Origin: Dehalococcoidia bacterium | Lineage (GTDB): Bacteria; Chloroflexota; Dehalococcoidia; Plut-88900 | DNA length: 64,000 nt | Direction of reading: 5' to 3' | NCBI GenBank assembly: GCA_965207225.1 | Contig: CBDBLV010000004.1 | Span: 800,001-864,000, forward strand | In this document: in pieces, positions 59,178 to 64,000 of the stretch | How the letters are laid out: every line of letters begins with the position of its first letter | Numbering within the stretch: position 1 is the stretch's first letter | Notes under the pieces: model-generated | Seen by the model: only the letters and a program-made list of their open reading frames with translations | The model's database searches: none | Told to the model about the DNA's origin: nothing | Translations under genes and position numbers: made by a program

Positions 59178-59588
59178 CTACGGTTGGCAAAGCGGGGGAC
59201 CTAGCACGTCTCGGCCGTCGAACTTGGCGCCGGGCTTCTGAAGCAGTATGTCGAGGCGGATGTCTAGCAATTTGTGGATGGCGCGGGCCTGCGGTACTGT
59301 TAGGTTTCGCTTGCCTTCCATCACTTCGCAGACTTTCGCATCGGTGCCGATGATTTGGATGAGGTCATGGGGCGTCAGATACCGGTCGTCCAGCGCGCGC
59401 TCGATGGCGGCGGCGGCGGTAGGAAAGCCCATCGGATAGCGCTTGTCTTCATATCTCACGACCATTTCCACTAGCGCTTCACATTCTTCACCCTCCGGTG
59501 TGCTCGGCTCTGCGGCGAATATCTCGTCGATCCGCCCAAGCGCGGCGTCGAGGTCTTCTTCGGTGAGAATTTCCGTGACAGCTACCAT
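59178..59588 (-). CDS. higA: HigA-type HTH antitoxin
   Basis: ALGRIDEIF..TPEGEE..YED..DL..IG..V.EVM.GKR.LT; downstream of higB. Confidence 0.85.
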   Translation of the reverse strand: MVAVTEILTEEDLDAALGRIDEIFAAEPSTPEGEECEALVEMVVRYEDKRYPMGFPTAAAAIERALDDRYLTPHDLIQIIGTDAKVCEVMEGKRNLTVPQARAIHKLLDIRLDILLQKPGAKFDGRDVLGPPLCQP

Positions 59589-59590
59589 AT

Positions 59591-59884
59591 CTAAACCTCC
59601 CCAGCGTCTATTCTCTCATATTCGGAGTGGGTTCCAATGAACCGGATATAGACGCGTCTCGCTCTGTAATTCACTCTTGCGACCAGTCTGTATCTGTTCC
59701 CCCTGATCCTGAACACCGCGCGGTCCGAACCTACGATACTGGCGCGTCGGTATCGCTGCAATAGGTCGGCAGGGGAACGCCAAGTCTCTTCGCTGACCCG
59801 TTGGTGCCAATCGTTCAGGGCATTCTCCGCGTCTGGGTGTCTCCGCCAAAACCTCTGAAGTGTACGTTTGGAAAAGATTCTCAA
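59591..59884 (-). CDS. higB: HigB-type mRNase toxin
   Basis: MRIFSKRTL..FW..HPDA, VFRIRGNRYRL and YIRFIGTHSEY..ID. Confidence 0.92.
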   Translation of the reverse strand: MRIFSKRTLQRFWRRHPDAENALNDWHQRVSEETWRSPADLLQRYRRASIVGSDRAVFRIRGNRYRLVARVNYRARRVYIRFIGTHSEYERIDAGEV

Positions 59885-59974
59885 AGTCGAGTCCGTCCCC
59901 AGTGTGCCGATGCATCTTGTCGCAAGTGTCGTTTGCCGCGCTCATTCTTCCATTATACCCCAGCCACGTCTTCC

Positions 59975-61525
59975 CTACCTACCAAACCCCAGCCTCGCTA
60001 GGTTCTTCTCTATCTCGGCATCGAGCCGTTGCGTCTCCGCCCGCTGCTCGCGCCACTGGGCGGATAGGCGCGCCATCTTGTCGGCGAAAGGTTCGCCGTC
60101 GTCGGGCTGCGGCTCTACGCCGACGTAGCGGCCCGGCGTCAGGACATGTCCGTGCCTGCGTATCTCATCGAGTGTCGCGCTCTTGCAGAAGCCGGGGACG
60201 TCGGCGTAGTCATCTGCGTTCGGCTTGCCACCCCAAGCATGGTACGTGTCGGTGACGCGGGCGATGTCGTCGGATGACAGGTCCCGGCGGGTGCGGTCTA
60301 TCATGTGTCCCAGCTTGCGGGCGTCTATGAACAGCGTCTTGTCGGGTCGCGCTTCGTAGTCGGCGGCGCGTCCCCGACGCAGGAACCAGAGGCAGGCGGG
60401 TATCTGGGTGGATCGGAACAGCTGTCCCGGCAGGGCGACGATACAGTCCACAAGACCAGCCTCGACGATGTTCCTGCGTATCTCGCCCTCGCCTGACTGC
60501 GCGGACGACATGGAGCCGTTGGCGAGGACGAAGCCCGCCACGCCTCGCGGAGCGAGGTGGTAGAGGAAGTGCTGCACCCACGCGAAGTTGGCGTTGCGCG
60601 CCGGCGGGATTCCGTACTGCCAGCGCCTGTCGTCGCGCAGCCTCGCGCCGCCCCAGTCGGAGACGTTGAAGGGCGGGTTGGCCAGGATGTAGTCGGCGCG
60701 CAGGTCGGGGTGGCGGTCGTTGTGGAAGCTGTCGCCGCGCTCGATCCGTCCCACGATGCCGCGGATCGCCAGGTTCATCTTCGCCATGCGCCAAGTGGTG
60801 TAGTTGGACTCCTGGCCGTAGATGGAGATGTCGGCCCTTGCCCCACCGCCGTTGCCATTGCCGCTGGCGTGGGCGCGTATGAACTCGTCGGACTGTACGA
60901 ACATACCGGAGGAGCCGCAGCAGGGGTCATAGACCCGCCCGCGATACGGCTCTATCATTTCGACGAGGAGGCGCACGACTGAGCGCGGAGTGTAGAACTC
61001 GCCGCCCTTTCGTCCCTCGGCAAGCGCGAACTGCTCCAGTAAGTACTCATAGACGCCCCCAAGCGTATCGTTGGCGCGGGCGTCGGCCCCGCCAACCTTG
61101 ATGTTGCTGACCATATCAACAACCCGACCCAACCGCTCCTTGTCCAGTGCGGGGCGCGCGTAGTCCTTCGGCAGCACATCCTTGAGCGCGGGGTTGTCGC
61201 GCTCGATGGCGGACATTGCGTCGTCCACCGCCCGGCCTATGGACGGCTGGCGCGCCTGCGACTGGAGCTTGCTCCAACGGGCTTCGGGAGGGACCCAGAA
61301 GATGTTCTCTGCGATGTACTCGTCCCGGTCCTCGGCGGCCTCCTCGCCCCATTCGGCCAGAACCTCGGCGCGACGCTCCTCGAAGGCGTCCGAGATGTAC
61401 TTGAGAAAGATGAGGCCGAGGACGACGTGCTTGTACTCGGCGGCGTCCATGCTGCCGCGCAGCGCGTCCGCCATGCGCCACAGTTCTGGCCTGAAGTCTG
61501 CTTCGGCTGTTTGGGCGGTGGTCAC
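59975..61525 (-). CDS. hsdM: Type I R-M methyltransferase subunit M
   Basis: [34 protein letters not shown] and NPPF. Confidence 0.96.
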   Translation of the reverse strand: MTTAQTAEADFRPELWRMADALRGSMDAAEYKHVVLGLIFLKYISDAFEERRAEVLAEWGEEAAEDRDEYIAENIFWVPPEARWSKLQSQARQPSIGRAVDDAMSAIERDNPALKDVLPKDYARPALDKERLGRVVDMVSNIKVGGADARANDTLGGVYEYLLEQFALAEGRKGGEFYTPRSVVRLLVEMIEPYRGRVYDPCCGSSGMFVQSDEFIRAHASGNGNGGGARADISIYGQESNYTTWRMAKMNLAIRGIVGRIERGDSFHNDRHPDLRADYILANPPFNVSDWGGARLRDDRRWQYGIPPARNANFAWVQHFLYHLAPRGVAGFVLANGSMSSAQSGEGEIRRNIVEAGLVDCIVALPGQLFRSTQIPACLWFLRRGRAADYEARPDKTLFIDARKLGHMIDRTRRDLSSDDIARVTDTYHAWGGKPNADDYADVPGFCKSATLDEIRRHGHVLTPGRYVGVEPQPDDGEPFADKMARLSAQWREQRAETQRLDAEIEKNLARLGFGR

Positions 61526-62109
61526 TTGGTTGCCTTTCGCTTATCCGTTGCGGTCACTATAGATTTTAGCACAAAGGGATGTGGAGGCGCAGGGGCCATC
61601 GGCCGCATTGAACAAGTACAAGAAGTGGCATTGACTCCGACTTGCCCACAGGAGCGCAAGACTTCAAGGCATCGGGCTGGGCGCTCCGCCCAAGACTGAG
61701 CACAATTCTTTCACAGTCGAATAGCTAAAAGCGCGGACCTGCAAGCCGCGCCTAGGCGAAACGATCAACCCTTAGTGAATGCTGAATCAGTGTCAACGCC
61801 CGTCCGAGTTTACTTCCGTTCAGCTTAGCTATGTCTACTCCAATCGCCAAAACGGACTCATGCAATTTTCTCAGGTAGGATTAGGCGGCGCCGACCGGCG
61901 CCATGGCGGTGAAAGCGTCTATGTTCAGATACCGAGAAAGGCTAGGGTATGCGGTGAGGACGCGCCAGTCGCCGGAGGTTAAATGCAAAAAGGGCGGCAT
62001 ACACGTGCGGCCAGGGGGACAACATCGCTCGGTCAGCGATGCTGTCCTCCTGCCACTAGGTCCATTATTTCCGCTCCGGCGGAAGTCTGCAAGACGTATG
62101 CTAAGAGCG

Positions 62110-63207
62110 CTACGCGGTAGCCTCATCCGGCCGCTTCAGCATGGCGGAGCAACCGCGCACGACGACATGCTCCACAGACACCCGTCCCCGGCCGTCGTAC
62201 CCGGCGCGGAACGCGTACTCCACCGTGGCCCCCTCCGGCGCCCGTCCGCCGGTCCGCACGGCGCGTCCGCCGTCCCCGCGTCCGGGCCCTCCCGCGCCGC
62301 GCACCACCGTCCCGCTGCGCTCGCCCTTGCGCCAGCCCAGCACCTTCACCTCTGCGGGCATCACCCGCTCAGCCGGAGTCGGCTGGAACAGCGCACGGTG
62401 CAGCCTCTTCAGCGCCCCCGGCGACGGGCTGCGCCGGCCGGTCATGATCTGCGAGAGGTGGCCTGAGCTGATGCCGGCCCTCCTCGCCACCTCGTTCTGG
62501 CTGATGTCGTGGGCGTTCATCCGCTCCCACATGGCATCCCGGTCCACACCGGCGCACCGCGCGGGCGCCACCTCCACCGGACCCTCGAGGGCAGCCTCGA
62601 CCCTTGCCTGGACCCCGGCGCTCATGTTCCTGTGTCCCCGGGAGACCTGTATGAGGTATCCGTAGGATATGCCTACCTTCTCTGCCAGGTCCTGCATGGT
62701 CATTCCCATCTCGCGTGCGCGCTCCCTGATGTAGCTGCTCTGACCGCCTGCCACGCTCCCCCTGCGGTTGGCGCGCCGCGCGGGCGCTATCTTCACCGGC
62801 GTTCCGAGCGCGGATTCTACCCTTGCCCGCACCCCGGCGCTCATGTTCCTGTGTCCCCTGGAGACCTGCAAGAGGTATCCGTAGGAGATGCCCACTCTCT
62901 CCGCGAGGTCCTGCATGGTCATACCCATCTCGCGAGCGCGCTCCCTGATGAAGCTGCTCTCTGCGGTAACGACCTCGCGCTGTCTGTGGACGGTTCCCTG
63001 TCCCGGGACCTCTCCCAGCGCCGCCATCGCCTTCTCCCGCATCGTCTGCGACCACGGCCTGCGCCCGGTCGCGACCTGCGACAGGTAGCCCGCCGACACG
63101 CCCATCAGAGCCGCCAGGTCCTTTATGGTGAGACCGCGCCTCCTCGCCGCCGCCCTGAGCTCGCTCTCGCGTACCGCCGTCGTGGTTGTCATCGTTGCCG
63201 TCGTCAT
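62110..63207 (-). CDS. Protein with four tandem XRE-type HTH domains and a small C-terminal beta domain
   Basis: LAALMGVSAGYLSQV, 2x MTMQDLAE.VGISYGYL.QVSRG and SQNEVARRAGISSGHLSQI; AGGAGG RBS. Confidence 0.85.
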   Translation of the reverse strand: MTTATMTTTTAVRESELRAAARRRGLTIKDLAALMGVSAGYLSQVATGRRPWSQTMREKAMAALGEVPGQGTVHRQREVVTAESSFIRERAREMGMTMQDLAERVGISYGYLLQVSRGHRNMSAGVRARVESALGTPVKIAPARRANRRGSVAGGQSSYIRERAREMGMTMQDLAEKVGISYGYLIQVSRGHRNMSAGVQARVEAALEGPVEVAPARCAGVDRDAMWERMNAHDISQNEVARRAGISSGHLSQIMTGRRSPSPGALKRLHRALFQPTPAERVMPAEVKVLGWRKGERSGTVVRGAGGPGRGDGGRAVRTGGRAPEGATVEYAFRAGYDGRGRVSVEHVVVRGCSAMLKRPDEATA

Positions 63208-63488
63208 GTCGCTTCCTCCTGAAATGAAGAAGCGGGACGGCCCCCGTGTCGGAGACAGTCCCGCGTGGTTCCACGTCCCGGTGGTCGGGACTGTCTGTTT
63301 GGGTGGTGTAGTTGCTATTGTTGCCGGGTGTGATCCCGATTTCGGGCAAAGAAGAAGGGCCGCCCCCCGCGATGGCGACGACCCTTGAATTGAGATGGGT
63401 AGTGGAGCCGGCCTACGGGCGTGTCCACCGCCTGATGCGGCGGGTGAACCGCCAGACCAGCAGCGCGGCGGTGCAGAGACCCACCAGA

Positions 63489-63512
63489 GCCTGCCCCGTA
63501 CTGGATACGGGG
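63489..63512. repeat. 24-bp REP-like palindromic element
   Basis: GCCTGCCCCGTACTGGATACGGGG; an inverted variant lies at 63701-63726. Confidence 0.7.
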
Positions 63513-63700
63513 TTGAGAATGGCCGCCTCAGCTCCGTGGCCGAGCGGCAGCGGCGTCCACCACTTCCGCCACGACATCTTCGGCGCGTCGCCCACCGGCT
63601 CGTAGGCCGTCCGGATGGGCAGCACCACGAGCGCCTCCAGGCGGGTTATCACAAGGTCGCGCGCAGCCACGCGTGTGGTAGCGCGCGTCTATGCCCTCTC

Positions 63701-63726
63701 CCCCGCGTATCGGGGTACGGGCAGGC
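63701..63726. repeat. 26-bp REP-like palindromic element (inverted copy)
   Basis: Reverse complement is GCCTGCCCGTACCCCGATACGCGGGG. Confidence 0.65.
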
Positions 63727-64000
63727 CGACTTCTGCCTGAAGGCCAGCCCGTCGGAGCGACCGCCGCGGCAGATGGCCGTGGCCGTCCTGAACCAGCCCC
63801 GCTCGAAGCTGACCCTGTGGGGCAGCAGGTCCGCAATCAGCGCCGCGCTGGGTCCGATGGGTTGTTGCGTCACGTCATTTCCTACTGATACTGCTTCGCG
63901 CGTCCGTTCAGGTGTTGCCATTCGTTACCTCCTTGTCGAAGCTGATTGCCGTTGACTTCCGTGAATCCGTGTGCCGTTCCGAAGACGCCCGCCGTCCGAA

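Larger units (their letters stand above)
63413..63921 (-). pseudogene. Frameshifted hypothetical protein (degenerate Zn-binding-like N-terminus, C-terminal TM) carrying two REP-like insertions
   Basis: GGAGG RBS; ICRGG..LAFRQ | GIDARYHTRGC | RDLVITRLE segments in different frames. Confidence 0.5.

Noticed and set aside
1-64000. tRNA/rRNA genes or a tRNA-based att site
   Set aside because: No cloverleaf or rRNA-like sequence recognised by eye; tRNAscan/Infernal would be needed to exclude them.

Overview
High-GC accessory region made of a decayed integrative element, a defence island and many IS insertions. The gene style suggests a host-associated Chloroflexota/Dehalococcoidia-like bacterium, which is inference only. 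From left to right: (1) a type I R-M hsdM followed by an AbiEi/AbiEii pair; (2) a ~5 kb array of diverged non-coding modules and HTH-gene remnants next to an RHH gene and a truncated serine recombinase; (3) Uma2, an ISAs1, and a 2891-aa surface protein with a C15 tract just after its start codon; (4) two tandem copies of a cassette: hybrid sensor kinase/winged-helix regulator <- 4x TTTGAT boxes -> secreted metzincin protease plus partner protein; (5) an IS-riddled middle (IS5, IS256, IS701 and unclassified DDE elements) holding a two-gene HEPN-DGQHR + DGQHR operon and an lspA/neprosin-like cassette; (6) a complete type I R-M operon with HigBA, Phd, DUF2806, a TIR protein and a membrane protein inserted in it, followed by an NDT-fold protein; (7) a multi-HTH XRE gene and REP-like insertions. 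The best candidates for undescribed systems are the HEPN-DGQHR/DGQHR pair, the TIR + membrane-protein pair inside the R-M operon, and the regulated protease/partner cassette. All family calls come from motif recognition by eye; no database searches were run. Some frameshifts may be sequencing errors.
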